Below, in pieces: positions 48,071 through 58,007 of a stretch of 64,000 nt of DNA. The position numbers were made by a program, and so were the translations under genes. Each line of letters starts with the position of its first letter. The first letter of the stretch is position 1. The stretch lies in NCBI GenBank assembly GCA_963743525.1, contig CAVUQH010000004.1, positions 192,001-256,000 on the forward strand, given 5' to 3'. The notes beneath the pieces were generated by a model, which saw only the letters and a list, made by a program, of their open reading frames with translations, did no database searches and was not told where the DNA came from. This DNA is from an uncultured delta proteobacterium (GTDB taxonomy: Bacteria > Myxococcota_A > Polyangia > Haliangiales > Haliangiaceae).

Positions 48071-49024
48071 GTGCGAGTTCTCGTGTTTGCGCTGATCATC
48101 GTCGCGGCCGCGATCGGCGGCGCTGCAGTCGGCTATCGGCTGGCGCCGGCCCCGGCCCGGCCCGATGGTGCCGCGGTGTCGTCACCGCCGGCCGCTGGTG
48201 ATCCCGAGGCCCTGGCGGAGCTGGCCCGCGGCGCGCTGGAGCAGACGATGATCCACGGCGACCCACTGACCGCGCCGCAGCTGATGAAGCGCCTGCGCAT
48301 GCGGGTGCCGCGGGCCGATCTGGCGGTCTACGACACCCGCGGCGTGGAGGCGTTCGGCCCCGAGCCGCGCGCGCCGCACCCGCGCGACATGCGCCCGCAG
48401 CTGGTCGCCGCGCTCACCGATCGCCAGCGCCACGACTCACCCGACGGCACCGTCTTTCGCCCGCTGCGCTCGGACGACTCGTGCACGGGATGTCACGACG
48501 ACCACGCCGAGGTGCGCGGCGTGCTGTCGCTGGAATTCGCCGACAGCTGCGACGGCGCCGCCGGGCGCGCGGCGATCGACAGCCTGGTCAGCGACACCCG
48601 CGCCCAGCTCGAGACCGCCGACGCGGGTGACCTGCTCGGCGGATTCACCACAGCGCTGCCGCCGGCCGACGACGACGTCGCCGCCTGCCCGCAGGCACGG
48701 CTGGAGCAGACGATCGAGACCGCGTTCCTCTACCTGATGCGCGCGCACCAGGGCCGGCGCGCCTACCAGCTGCTCGATACCGCGGTCAACAGCGGTGTGC
48801 TCGCGCGCGGGGCGCTGTTCGATGCCGCCGGCCGCACGATCTACGACACCACGCGCGAGCCGCCGCCCGATCGAATCACCCGGGCGCTGGCCGGCGACAC
48901 CGTCACCGACCGCGGCGACGGCGACCGACCGCGGGTGACCTTGCCGCTGCCCGGCGGCAAAGAGTGCGCGCGTTGTCACGGCGACGCCGAGAATCTCGGC
49001 GCCATCAGCGCGACGATTCCCTAG
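48071..49024 (+). CDS. Membrane-anchored periplasmic diheme c-type protein
   Basis: N-terminal TM helix; CTGCH and CARCH in duplicated sensor-like modules. Confidence 0.7.
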   Translation: MRVLVFALIIVAAAIGGAAVGYRLAPAPARPDGAAVSSPPAAGDPEALAELARGALEQTMIHGDPLTAPQLMKRLRMRVPRADLAVYDTRGVEAFGPEPRAPHPRDMRPQLVAALTDRQRHDSPDGTVFRPLRSDDSCTGCHDDHAEVRGVLSLEFADSCDGAAGRAAIDSLVSDTRAQLETADAGDLLGGFTTALPPADDDVAACPQARLEQTIETAFLYLMRAHQGRRAYQLLDTAVNSGVLARGALFDAAGRTIYDTTREPPPDRITRALAGDTVTDRGDGDRPRVTLPLPGGKECARCHGDAENLGAISATIP

Positions 49025-50658
49025 CCGGCGAACAGGCCGCGGGCGACGACCTTGAGCTCGAGCACCGGCTTGACGCCCTCGAAGATCGGCAACACCAGCG
49101 CGTCGACCACGTAGCGGCTGATGGCGTACTCCTCGGCGTAGCCCCAGCCGCCGTGGAGCAGCTGGCCCTGCTGGGTCACCTCGACGGCAACGTCGCACGC
49201 GAGCAGCTTGGCCTGGGCGGCCAGCGGCGCGGCGGCGCGCTCGTCCTCGTCCATCGCCTCGGCGGCGGCGTAGGTGATGGCGCGGGCAGCCGCCAGCCTG
49301 GCCGCCATGCGGCCGAGCGTGTACTGGGTCAGCTGGAAGTCGACGATCGGCCGCTTGAACTGCGAGCGCTGGACCACGTACTCGGCGGTCTTCTCGACCG
49401 CCGCCTGGGCGACGCCGCAGGCGCGGCCGCCGGTCTGCAGGCGGCCCGCGGCGAAGCCGGCCATCTGCAGGTAGAAGCCGCGCCCCTCGCCGGCATCGCC
49501 GCCGACCAGGTTGGCGGCGGGCACGAACCAGCGCTCGAAGGCGAGGGTGAACGAGTGCATGCCGCGGTAGCCGGGCGTGGCGTCGGCCTTGCCTTCGAGA
49601 CGCCCGCCGCCGGGCTGGGTGAACGAGAACTCGTGGCCGTCGTCGCGCGGCTTGGGCACGATGAACAGCGACAACCCTTTGGCACCCTTGGCCGGGTCCG
49701 GATCGGTGCGGCAGAGGACCGCGAGGATGTCGGCGCGGCCGGCGAAGGTGCACCACGACTTGGCGCCCTCGATGACCCAGCCGTCCTCGCCGTCGACGGT
49801 GGCGCGCTCGGCGCGACACGACAGCGACGCGACGTCGGAGCCGACGTTGGGCTCGGTGACCGAGATGCCGACCATCAGCTCGCCCGAGGCGATGCGCGGC
49901 AGCCAGCTCTTCTTCTGCTCGTCGGTACCGCCGGCGAGCAGCGCCTTGGCCAGGATCTCGGGGCGGGTAATCAAGCTGCCGGCCGACGCCAGCGACGCCC
50001 GCGACAGCTCCTCGGTGGTGAGGATCATCGCCAGGTTGCCCATCTCGTGGCCGCCGTACTCCTCGGGCACCGACAGACCGAAGAAGCCCATCTCGCTCAT
50101 CTGCTCGATGAACGCGTCGGGCACCAGATCGTCGTGACGATGGATGTGCTCGGCGTGCGGAGCCACCTCGGCGTCGGCGAACTGGCGCACGGTGTCGCGC
50201 ACCTGCTCGAGGGTCGAGTCGAGCGGCAGCCGCTGGCGACCGCCGGACTCGGCGACTTCGCGGCCGATCTCGCGCACGGCCTCCTGGCCGGCGCCGCGGC
50301 GCAGCGCCGCGCGGACGTCGGCGTCGTAGAAGGTGTCGACCTCGTCGTCGGCGATGCGCAGATCGCCGAGGACCAGGTTGAGTCGGTCGCGGGCGCTCAC
50401 CGCCAGCTCGCAGACGCCGGCGGTGGCCAGGCGCGCGAGCTGCGGCGTGACCTTGCCGGTTCGGTCGACGAAGGCCATCAGCTCTGCTGCCGCCCGCGCC
50501 TCGGTCGCCGCGTAGGCGACCCGCTCGGCCACCACCTGGTGATCGTCGATCCGCTTGCCGCCGTCGGTCAGCTCACGGGCACGGGCGGTCGCCCGGTCCG
50601 TCAGCCCACGCACAGCGGCCAGCGCCATCCGGGCATCCTGCATGTCGTCTGCGCTCAT
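49021..50658 (-). CDS. Acyl-CoA dehydrogenase, (2S)-methylsuccinyl-CoA dehydrogenase-like
   Basis: PEEYGG, GSLITRPEI, TEPNVGSD, GYRGM, HGGWGY, IFEG; N-terminal extension. Confidence 0.85.
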   Translation of the reverse strand: MSADDMQDARMALAAVRGLTDRATARARELTDGGKRIDDHQVVAERVAYAATEARAAAELMAFVDRTGKVTPQLARLATAGVCELAVSARDRLNLVLGDLRIADDEVDTFYDADVRAALRRGAGQEAVREIGREVAESGGRQRLPLDSTLEQVRDTVRQFADAEVAPHAEHIHRHDDLVPDAFIEQMSEMGFFGLSVPEEYGGHEMGNLAMILTTEELSRASLASAGSLITRPEILAKALLAGGTDEQKKSWLPRIASGELMVGISVTEPNVGSDVASLSCRAERATVDGEDGWVIEGAKSWCTFAGRADILAVLCRTDPDPAKGAKGLSLFIVPKPRDDGHEFSFTQPGGGRLEGKADATPGYRGMHSFTLAFERWFVPAANLVGGDAGEGRGFYLQMAGFAAGRLQTGGRACGVAQAAVEKTAEYVVQRSQFKRPIVDFQLTQYTLGRMAARLAAARAITYAAAEAMDEDERAAAPLAAQAKLLACDVAVEVTQQGQLLHGGWGYAEEYAISRYVVDALVLPIFEGVKPVLELKVVARGLFAG

Positions 50659-50702
50659 CGCCGGCAAGCCTACCGGCTTTTGACGCAGCGCGCTATAGGC
50701 TT

Positions 50703-51560
50703 TCAGCTGTCGAAGATGCCGAGCGGCATCTTGAGGTAGCGTCGGCCGTTGCCGGCCGGCTCGGGCAGGCGCCCGGCCTCGATGTTGACCTGAAGGCTCT
50801 GCAGGATCAGGTTGGGCGGGGACAGCTCGGCGTCGCGATTGCGCCGGGCGGTGACGAAGTCGCTTCGGCTGGTGCTGGCGCGCAGGCGGATGTTCTGTTC
50901 CTTGGACGCGCCTACGGTGGTCTGGTACTGCAGCTCGCGTCCGCCCGGCTGGTAGTCGTGGCCGACGAAGATCCGCGTCGCGTCGGGCCGCGTGTACAGC
51001 TTGGTGGTGATGGACTCGTAGAGATCCTCGGGGCTGCCGCCGGGGAAGTCGGTGCGACCGGTGCCGTAGTCGGGCATGAACAGGGCGTCGCCGGTGAACA
51101 GCGCGTCGCCGATCGAGTAGGTCAGGCAGGCGGGAGTGTGTCCCGGGGTGTGCAACGCCTGCAGCTTCAGGCTGCCGGCCTCGAGCGTCTGCCCGTCGGC
51201 GAGCAGCTCGTCCCACTGCGAGCCGTCGGCGGGCACGTCCATGTCGAAGATGGGCGCGAACGCCTGCTGCACTTTGGTGATGCCGGCGCCGATCGCCGTC
51301 GGTGCGCCGAAGGCCCGTTTGAGCACGTCCATCCCGCTCAAGTGGTCGGCGTGCGCGTGGGTGTCGAGCACCCAGTGCACCTGGAGTGACTTCTCACGGA
51401 CGAATCGCCTCACCTCGTCGGTCGACTGCGTGGTCACCGCCCAGCGGCGAGCATCGAAGTCGAGCACCGGGTCGATCACCAGCGCATCCCGCGTGGCCGG
51501 GTCGTAGACGACGTAGGTCAGCGTGTAGGTGGCTTCGTCGAAGAACGCCTCGATCTGCAT
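50703..51560 (-). CDS. MBL-fold persulfide dioxygenase-like protein (Blh/Sdo)
   Basis: [44 protein letters not shown]. Confidence 0.9.
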   Translation of the reverse strand: MQIEAFFDEATYTLTYVVYDPATRDALVIDPVLDFDARRWAVTTQSTDEVRRFVREKSLQVHWVLDTHAHADHLSGMDVLKRAFGAPTAIGAGITKVQQAFAPIFDMDVPADGSQWDELLADGQTLEAGSLKLQALHTPGHTPACLTYSIGDALFTGDALFMPDYGTGRTDFPGGSPEDLYESITTKLYTRPDATRIFVGHDYQPGGRELQYQTTVGASKEQNIRLRASTSRSDFVTARRNRDAELSPPNLILQSLQVNIEAGRLPEPAGNGRRYLKMPLGIFDS

Positions 51561-51687
51561 GACGTTCAGCAAAGCAGACCGTGTGCCACCCACAAGTGGC
51601 TGAATTTAAAGCAGCTTATCGTCTCGGTGCGGCGGTTCGTCGCAACAGCGTCGCAACGACTTCCGGCCCTCGGGGCGAGGTCCGGAA

Positions 51688-52728
51688 CTATTTGTACGGC
51701 GTGCAGCCGTTGGCGATCAGCGGCCCCAGCACCGGCGCGAAATCCTCGGCCAGAGGCTGGGGGAACTTGCCTGGACCGATCGAGCGGACCGCCGCCAGGT
51801 AGCGAGGCCAGCTCTTGCCGCACGCCTGGTAGAGCTTCTGGAACTGGTCGAACCCGGTGCGATACGTGCGGAAGCCGATCAGCGACGCATTGTTGGGCCG
51901 GCGCATCTCGGGAAAGTCGGCGGCGAGGGCATCGATGATCTTCTTCTTCGCCGCCAGCTTGTCCGCGTCGGGCCGATCCGAGTCGTACACCTTCTCGAGC
52001 TCGCGGTACGCCTTCCACATGCGGTCGCCGTAGGCCCGCAACTCGTCCATCTCTTGCTGGTACGCCGCCATCTGCGGCGAGTCGGCGCCGAACCGCTGCA
52101 CCAGCCACTCGGTGGTCATCGAGTCGGCGGTGAACGCGGCGACGCTCTCGTCGAAGTAGGCCTGATCCTCGACCAGCACGTTGGCGTGCATCAGCTCGTG
52201 GAGCAGCACGTTGGCCAGGTCACCGTAGGCGTTGTCGCCATCGCTGAACATGCTCGACACCACCGGGTCGTGGAACCAGCCGGCGGTGGAGTAGGCGCCG
52301 GCGCCGCGGAGGTAGACCTCCCAGCCGTCGGCGATCAGATCGCGGCGAAACGACTCGGCCTCGGCCAGATTGAACCAGCCGAGCATGGGAAAGCAGCCGA
52401 CGATCGGCCAGCACCAGACCTTGGGCTCGAACGCCAGCGGCTTGGACGCCGCGACGAAGTAGACTGCCGCGCTGCGATCGAGGGCGACGAACTTCTTGTA
52501 GTTGCCGTGCGTGTCCAGCCCCACCGAGCGGGCAAAGCGCTTGATGCCGTTGACCTCGCCGAGCATCGCGCGGGTGTAGTCGTCGGTGTCGGGGTCGGAC
52601 AGGACGTCGCCGATCGGCCGCGACTTGGTGAGTAGCTCGACCTGGCCATAGCCGGCCTGGGCCAGGTAGCGGGGAGCGAAACAGCTGCCGGTGAGGACGG
52701 CGCAGACGATCGCGGCGATCCGGTGCAT
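51688..52728 (-). CDS. Putative zinc aminopeptidase lipoprotein
   Basis: TGSC lipobox, WCWPIVGC, AYSTAGWF.DP, HELMH, FDES.A, NNA. Confidence 0.85.
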   Translation of the reverse strand: MHRIAAIVCAVLTGSCFAPRYLAQAGYGQVELLTKSRPIGDVLSDPDTDDYTRAMLGEVNGIKRFARSVGLDTHGNYKKFVALDRSAAVYFVAASKPLAFEPKVWCWPIVGCFPMLGWFNLAEAESFRRDLIADGWEVYLRGAGAYSTAGWFHDPVVSSMFSDGDNAYGDLANVLLHELMHANVLVEDQAYFDESVAAFTADSMTTEWLVQRFGADSPQMAAYQQEMDELRAYGDRMWKAYRELEKVYDSDRPDADKLAAKKKIIDALAADFPEMRRPNNASLIGFRTYRTGFDQFQKLYQACGKSWPRYLAAVRSIGPGKFPQPLAEDFAPVLGPLIANGCTPYK

Positions 52729-52740
52729 GAACCGTTTATA

Positions 52741-53355
52741 TCAGCGCGGGCGCCGCGGCACCGCCAGCTTGTCGGCGACCCGTCGAAAGGTCTCCCACGA
52801 CTGGCAGCCGATGACCGGGTAGTCGCCGAAGAACAGCGTCGGGATGCCGGTCACCATCTCGTCCTCGGCGGCCCGGCGCATGTCGCGCACCCGGCCGACG
52901 TAGGCCGGATCGTCAGCCGCCGACACCGCCTCGTCGGCATCCAGGCCGACCTCGCGGGCGACCGCGGCGATCACCTCGTCGGACTCGATGTCGCGGCCGT
53001 CGACCCAGTGGGCGTCCATCATCCGGTCGCGGAACGGCTCGAGCAGGCCGGCGTCGCGGGCTCGCTCGGTGGCCGCCAGCGGGCGGATCGTCCACGGCGC
53101 GTGCGCCGGCGGATGGATGGTCACGCCGTGCTCGGCGGCAAAGGCGATCAGGTGGCGGTGCATCGACGCCACTCGCGCCGCGCCGAACATCGCCGCCACT
53201 TCGATGCCGCCCCGCGGGATCTCGGGATGCAGCTGGAAGCCGCGCCAGTGAATCTCGACGTCGTACTCCTCTTGCAACCTGACCAGGCTGCTGCGCTCCA
53301 GCACGAAGCAGAACGGTCAGATGTAGTCGCTGTACAGTCGCAGCGCGTAGGCCAT
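52741..53355 (-). CDS. DsbA/FrnE-like thioredoxin-fold protein, probable selenoprotein (UPFC)
   Basis: ATG 53355 gives MAYALRLYSDYI-TGA-PFCF in frame with the tracked ORF; F.LHPE.P, VTGIPT. Confidence 0.85.
53274..53291 (-). promoter_or_regulatory. Putative bacterial SECIS hairpin
   Basis: GCAGCCU-GGUC-AGGUUGC; the loop starts 33 nt after the UGA. Confidence 0.65.
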
Positions 53356-53372
53356 GACAGCAGCCTACCACC

Positions 53373-54356
53373 TCACAACTTCATGACCACGAGCACGTCG
53401 GACTCGACCGTCTCCTCGGCCCAGCGATGCTTGTACTCGAGGCCGGTACCCAGGTCGTAGCTGGCATAGCCCTGGGCACACAGCTCTTCGATCTGCCGCA
53501 GCTGGCACAGGTTGCCCAGGCCATAGCCGCGGTAGGCGTCGTCGAAGCTCATCTGCAGTCCGCGGTACGAGTCGCCGACCACACCGCCGAAGCAGAAGGC
53601 GACGTCGCGATCCTCGTGGCGCGCGAACCAGGTGCGCAGCGCGCCGCGGGCGCCGAGACGCCGGGTCATGTGGCGGTAGAACTCGCCGAACGAACCAGCC
53701 TCGATGCCGACCCCTTCGCGGCCCTTCCAGCTGCGCTGCTCGATCGCCTGAATGCGATCGAATACCGCGCCCGACTGCTCGGCGCCGACGTGACAGGCGA
53801 CGAACTCGATGCCGGCGTCGCGAGCGCGGGCATCGGCGCGCGCCAGCGATCGGCGGAAGTTGCGCGAGCGGCGGCCGAGAAAGCCGTCGATGCCGCCGGC
53901 CAGCTGGGCGACGTGGCGCACCGTCGTGCCCTGGCGGACCACCTCGTAGCGACGGCTGACCCGCCGGACGACCGCCTGGTGCAGCGGAGCGCCCAGCGGC
54001 AGTCCCGACAGCAGCATCACCTCCCAGTCGCCGGCGCGCTCCTGCACCAGCTCGTCGAGCTGCTCGGCGATCGCCTGGGCGTCGGCGCCGGCCACCGGCG
54101 AGGCCAGACCCCAGGCGGCCTCGAGCGGCTCGAGGTAGCGCCAGCCGTTGGGGTGGCGGCCACGCATCAGCGCCACCCAGCCGTCGTCGCCGCGAAAGAT
54201 CCACGGCTCGCGCTCGGGCATCAGCTCGCGCGCCGCCGGCACCACCCAATCGGTTGACGTACAGAACTGATCGACGTCGTCGGTGGCGCCGACGCAGGCG
54301 TCGTAGTCGTCGCCCTCGGCCTCGAACTGTTCGAGCGTGCGCGGCTCCATGATCAT
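53373..54356 (-). CDS. GNAT family protein (CelD/BcsL, Acetyltransf_6-like)
   Basis: SRNFRRSL, SWKG, SFD..Y...GLG, YDLGTG..YK..W. Confidence 0.8.
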   Translation of the reverse strand: MIMEPRTLEQFEAEGDDYDACVGATDDVDQFCTSTDWVVPAARELMPEREPWIFRGDDGWVALMRGRHPNGWRYLEPLEAAWGLASPVAGADAQAIAEQLDELVQERAGDWEVMLLSGLPLGAPLHQAVVRRVSRRYEVVRQGTTVRHVAQLAGGIDGFLGRRSRNFRRSLARADARARDAGIEFVACHVGAEQSGAVFDRIQAIEQRSWKGREGVGIEAGSFGEFYRHMTRRLGARGALRTWFARHEDRDVAFCFGGVVGDSYRGLQMSFDDAYRGYGLGNLCQLRQIEELCAQGYASYDLGTGLEYKHRWAEETVESDVLVVMKL

Positions 54357-56029
54357 TGGGCGACGATCAGCACCACGCCGACGCGCCCACTGTCCGGATC
54401 CTGGGCGACGCCGATGCCGGCGCGGGTCATGTGTGCATCACCACCGCCCCCGGGCAGCGACACGTCCTTCAGATCGAACACCGTCTGCGCCGACACGCCG
54501 GCGGCCTCGACCAGTGGGCGCGCCTCGGCGCCCACGCGATCGGCCAGACCGTCGAGCTTGCCAGCGGACGCGCGCTGGGCTCCGCGCCGGGCCACGGCGT
54601 CGAGGTCGGTGTCGACCTCGAGCGGCGGCGCCCCGGCGTCGGCGCGCGCTCGCGCCAGGCGCGCGCGGATCTCCACCACCGCCTGCGCCGGGTTGACGGT
54701 GGCCACCGGCCGGGCGAACACCTGGGTGAGCAGCCACTCGACCCGACCGTCGTCGTGCTCGCGCCTGGCCAGACCGATGCCGACGTGGGTGAACAGCGGC
54801 TGGGCGATGTTCTTGCGGTGGCCGACGCTGGCCATCAGCGACGCCTCCGCTTCGGCGATGCCGTCGTTGAGCGCCAGGTTCTCGCCGGTGGCGCTGCTGC
54901 GGTATCCGGCCGCGCGCAGGCGGTCGCTGACCAGCCCGGTGGTCGGCGACTGGTGGCCGAAGTAACCGCGGTCGCGCATCTCGTCCGAGTGCGCGCGCGC
55001 CACCGCCGACAGCGCCGGATCGAGCGCCAGCGGCGGTGCGCCCAGACGCCGGCGGTCGAGCGACAACAGCTCGTAGGCAAACCGCTCGGCCGAGGCCAGG
55101 TCGCCGAGGTCGTCCTCGGACGGCGGCACCAGCACATCGATCGACCGCGGCAGCGCGTCGCCGACCTCGACGGTGAGCTGCAGCAGCTTGTCCGGCCCCG
55201 ACGGACCGACGCCGTCGATCGACATCGCCAGCTGCCCGTCGACGTCGCCGGTGGGAACGTTGACCTCGAAGCGGTCGCCGCTGCGGGTGATCGGCACGTC
55301 GGCCAGCTTGCCGTCGGGGTAGAGCACGGCGGCGGTCAGCTCGTGATGGTCGGGCGCGCTGCCGCGGACCCGCCAGGTGGTGCCGGACGCCGCCGACCGC
55401 GGCGTCGGCTCGAGCTGATAGCCGCGCCGCGCGGTCAACACCACGATGTTGCGGTCCAGCCCTTTGCCCTCGGCGGCGGCCTCGCCGACGCCCACGTGCA
55501 GCGGCCCCGAGCCGGCGGTCGGCTGGCCCACGGCGCCGCGCACCGCCCGCTCCATCGCCTGGCTGCCGGGCGCATTGGTGCGGACCACGAACTGCGCGAC
55601 GGTCGACTCGGGAGCGCCGGCGGAGTGGAGCAGGAACGCCAGCGCGCCGTCGGGCGGTCGCGCGCCCAGCGCCGCGGTCTGCGCCGCGATCTCGCCCGCG
55701 GCGCGCGACAGGTACGGGTCGTAGACGGCGTCGGCCATGGCCGCGCGCACGGCCGCCCGGTAGCCATCGTCGCCGGGGCGATCGTCCTGCGGACCCAGAT
55801 ACGCCTGCGCCGGCGCCCCGGTCAGCAGCGACAGCTCGACCGCGCGACCCGACAGGTCGACCTCGTTGAAGTCGGCCGGTGCGGCGCCGTCGGGGACGGG
55901 TCCCGCCATGGTCGCACCGCCGGCATCGACGCCGCCGGTGACGCGATGGACCAGCCCGGCCAGGCGGTCGCGTACGAGCCACACCGCGGCGACGACCACC
56001 AGGGCAATGATGAACGCGCGCGGCCGCAT
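54353..56029 (-). CDS. CAP (SCP) domain protein
   Basis: ARAHSDEM..YFGH.SP, GENLA, MASVGHRKNI, HVGIG. Confidence 0.85.
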   Translation of the reverse strand: MRPRAFIIALVVVAAVWLVRDRLAGLVHRVTGGVDAGGATMAGPVPDGAAPADFNEVDLSGRAVELSLLTGAPAQAYLGPQDDRPGDDGYRAAVRAAMADAVYDPYLSRAAGEIAAQTAALGARPPDGALAFLLHSAGAPESTVAQFVVRTNAPGSQAMERAVRGAVGQPTAGSGPLHVGVGEAAAEGKGLDRNIVVLTARRGYQLEPTPRSAASGTTWRVRGSAPDHHELTAAVLYPDGKLADVPITRSGDRFEVNVPTGDVDGQLAMSIDGVGPSGPDKLLQLTVEVGDALPRSIDVLVPPSEDDLGDLASAERFAYELLSLDRRRLGAPPLALDPALSAVARAHSDEMRDRGYFGHQSPTTGLVSDRLRAAGYRSSATGENLALNDGIAEAEASLMASVGHRKNIAQPLFTHVGIGLARREHDDGRVEWLLTQVFARPVATVNPAQAVVEIRARLARARADAGAPPLEVDTDLDAVARRGAQRASAGKLDGLADRVGAEARPLVEAAGVSAQTVFDLKDVSLPGGGGDAHMTRAGIGVAQDPDSGRVGVVLIVAQ

Positions 56030-56039
56030 GCCGCTCAGG

Positions 56040-56915
56040 TCATACCAGGAAGTCGAGCATCTGCACGCGCGTCAGGTAGCCCTCGAGCACGGCGATGTAT
56101 TCGTCGAGCATCGGGTCCAGCGCGACGTCAACTCGGCCGTTGATCACCCGCAGGATGCGCCCGCTCACGGGGATCTCCGGCCCCGACAGCGACAGCACCG
56201 CGACGATCCGCTCGTCGGCCGACGCCTCGGCGCCGGGCGGGTTGCGGAACGACAGGTGGGTGCGCGAAATCTCGACCACCTGCGCGGCCACGCCCTGGTC
56301 GAACCGCAACAGCGAGACCAGCGAAGCCGGCGGGGCGACCCGGTAGTTGACGCGCCGGTTGCGCTGGATCAGCTGCTCGATGGTGTCGTGCAGCGGGGCG
56401 CTGATCTCGGTGTCGGCGCTCTCGAGCACCAGCTCGCGCATCTCCTTCATCGCCTTCTGCGTGCGCACGATGTTGGAGCGCATGTCCTGCAGGCGCGTCT
56501 GGTCGCGGGCGATCTTCTCGGCGACGATGTGCATCAGGTTCTGCTGGAAGCCGAGCCCGATGTCGGGCGAGGCCTCGAACAGCTCGAGCAACCGGGTCAC
56601 CGGCACGCGCCACAGCTCGGAGTCGGCCGTAAACTTGGCGGTCGAGTTGCGCCGCCGGCCGGTGAGCGCACCGAGCTCGCCGATCACCGCGAGTGGGTGC
56701 AGCGTGTAGATCTCGTCGTCGTCGGCGTCGAGCTCGACCTGGCCCTTGGTCAGGACGTAGAACTCCTCGGCGTGGTCGCCGGCGCCGAACAGCGGTCCTT
56801 CGGTTGGTTTGACTCTCTCGAACAGTCCGACGATGGCGTCGAGCTGGCGATCGTCGAATCCGTCGAGGAGCGGCACGCTGCGGAGCTGGTCGTGATCGAT
56901 AGCAGGTCGGCTCAT
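56040..56915 (-). CDS. cNMP-binding domain protein with coiled coil and PilZ-like C-terminus
   Basis: VIGELGAL...RNSTA; NRRVNYRV, VVEIS, VSGRILR. Confidence 0.8.
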   Translation of the reverse strand: MSRPAIDHDQLRSVPLLDGFDDRQLDAIVGLFERVKPTEGPLFGAGDHAEEFYVLTKGQVELDADDDEIYTLHPLAVIGELGALTGRRRNSTAKFTADSELWRVPVTRLLELFEASPDIGLGFQQNLMHIVAEKIARDQTRLQDMRSNIVRTQKAMKEMRELVLESADTEISAPLHDTIEQLIQRNRRVNYRVAPPASLVSLLRFDQGVAAQVVEISRTHLSFRNPPGAEASADERIVAVLSLSGPEIPVSGRILRVINGRVDVALDPMLDEYIAVLEGYLTRVQMLDFLV

Positions 56916-57017
56916 GACCGCCGGAGTCTACCACCGGGTTGCCATCGGGAGTGACCCTGCGCACCAGGCGTTCTCCGGGGCGGTGCGGGGAGTCCGCGGT
57001 CGGAGTATGCTCGGCCC

Positions 57018-58004
57018 ATGCTGCGAAGCGTCGTTGCCGCGCTCACTGCTGCGGCCCTGTCCACCGGCTGCCTCAGCCAGAGCTACATCATCCCCAAGCA
57101 GGAGCTGCGCGCCCTGGCCCAGACCCCGCCGGAACAGCGGGGTCAGCACGTCCGAGTGCGTCAGGCCTTCGACGGCGAGGACGAGCCGCCGGCGGCGCCG
57201 CGGGTGGACTCGGGAACCACCGTGGTCATCGTCGCCACCCCCGGCCCGCGCCACGTGCACCGCGTGCCCGCGCACCACCACCACGGCAACGTCCCCAGCG
57301 CCAAGAACGAGTCGGACAAGGCGTGGTTCTGGGTCGTCGTCGCCGTCGCCGTCGGCATCGGCCTGGCGGCCACCGAGGGCGCCCGCTACGACGGCTGGGT
57401 GCAGCTCAACCCGATGCACCCGGTGCACCTGTACGGCCCGATGGGCGAGTACACCTGGGTGCCGCTGGCGCAGCTCGATCCGCAGACCGCCGAGTGGGCG
57501 CAAAAGGCGATCGTGCGCCCGAGCGAGGGCCCGTGGCGGGAGCTGGGTCGCGCACCGCTCGACCGCCGCGGCTGGGCCTACTCGATCCTTCTCGGCTCGG
57601 CGCAGATGCCATCGGTCTACGGCGGCGACAAGGTCGGCTTCATGAGCCACATCCAGATCGGCGGCTATCCCGATCAGCACCTCGGCGTGATGCTCGACAT
57701 CGGCCTCGGCTGGGCGCAGAACGACCTCGGCGCGACCATCTTCGACTCGCGCTGGGGACTGGAGCTGCAGGTCATGCCGGTGGACGCGGGGCCGTTCCAC
57801 GCCGGGCTGTTCGGCCAGGGCGGGCTGGGCTCGCGCCTCGAAGACGGGCCCAAGGACGCCAGCCGTCAGGGTGTGATCTACGGCGGCGGCGCGATGTTGC
57901 AGCTCGAGCTGACCACGCACCTCACGCTGACCGGTCGCGCCGGGATCACGCGCACCTTTGGCAGCACCGTCGCCGACATCACCGGCGGTATCAGCGTCTA
58001 CTAG
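57018..58004 (+). CDS. Hypothetical lipoprotein with beta-barrel-like C-terminus
   Basis: STGC lipobox; amphipathic strands; terminal ISVY. Confidence 0.75.
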   Translation: MLRSVVAALTAAALSTGCLSQSYIIPKQELRALAQTPPEQRGQHVRVRQAFDGEDEPPAAPRVDSGTTVVIVATPGPRHVHRVPAHHHHGNVPSAKNESDKAWFWVVVAVAVGIGLAATEGARYDGWVQLNPMHPVHLYGPMGEYTWVPLAQLDPQTAEWAQKAIVRPSEGPWRELGRAPLDRRGWAYSILLGSAQMPSVYGGDKVGFMSHIQIGGYPDQHLGVMLDIGLGWAQNDLGATIFDSRWGLELQVMPVDAGPFHAGLFGQGGLGSRLEDGPKDASRQGVIYGGGAMLQLELTTHLTLTGRAGITRTFGSTVADITGGISVY

Positions 58005-58007
58005 CGG

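Noticed and set aside
53317..53319. Nonsense mutation making the DsbA-like gene a pseudogene
   Set aside because: The stop is TGA exactly at the catalytic Cys position with a SECIS-like hairpin downstream, and the rest of the gene is intact.
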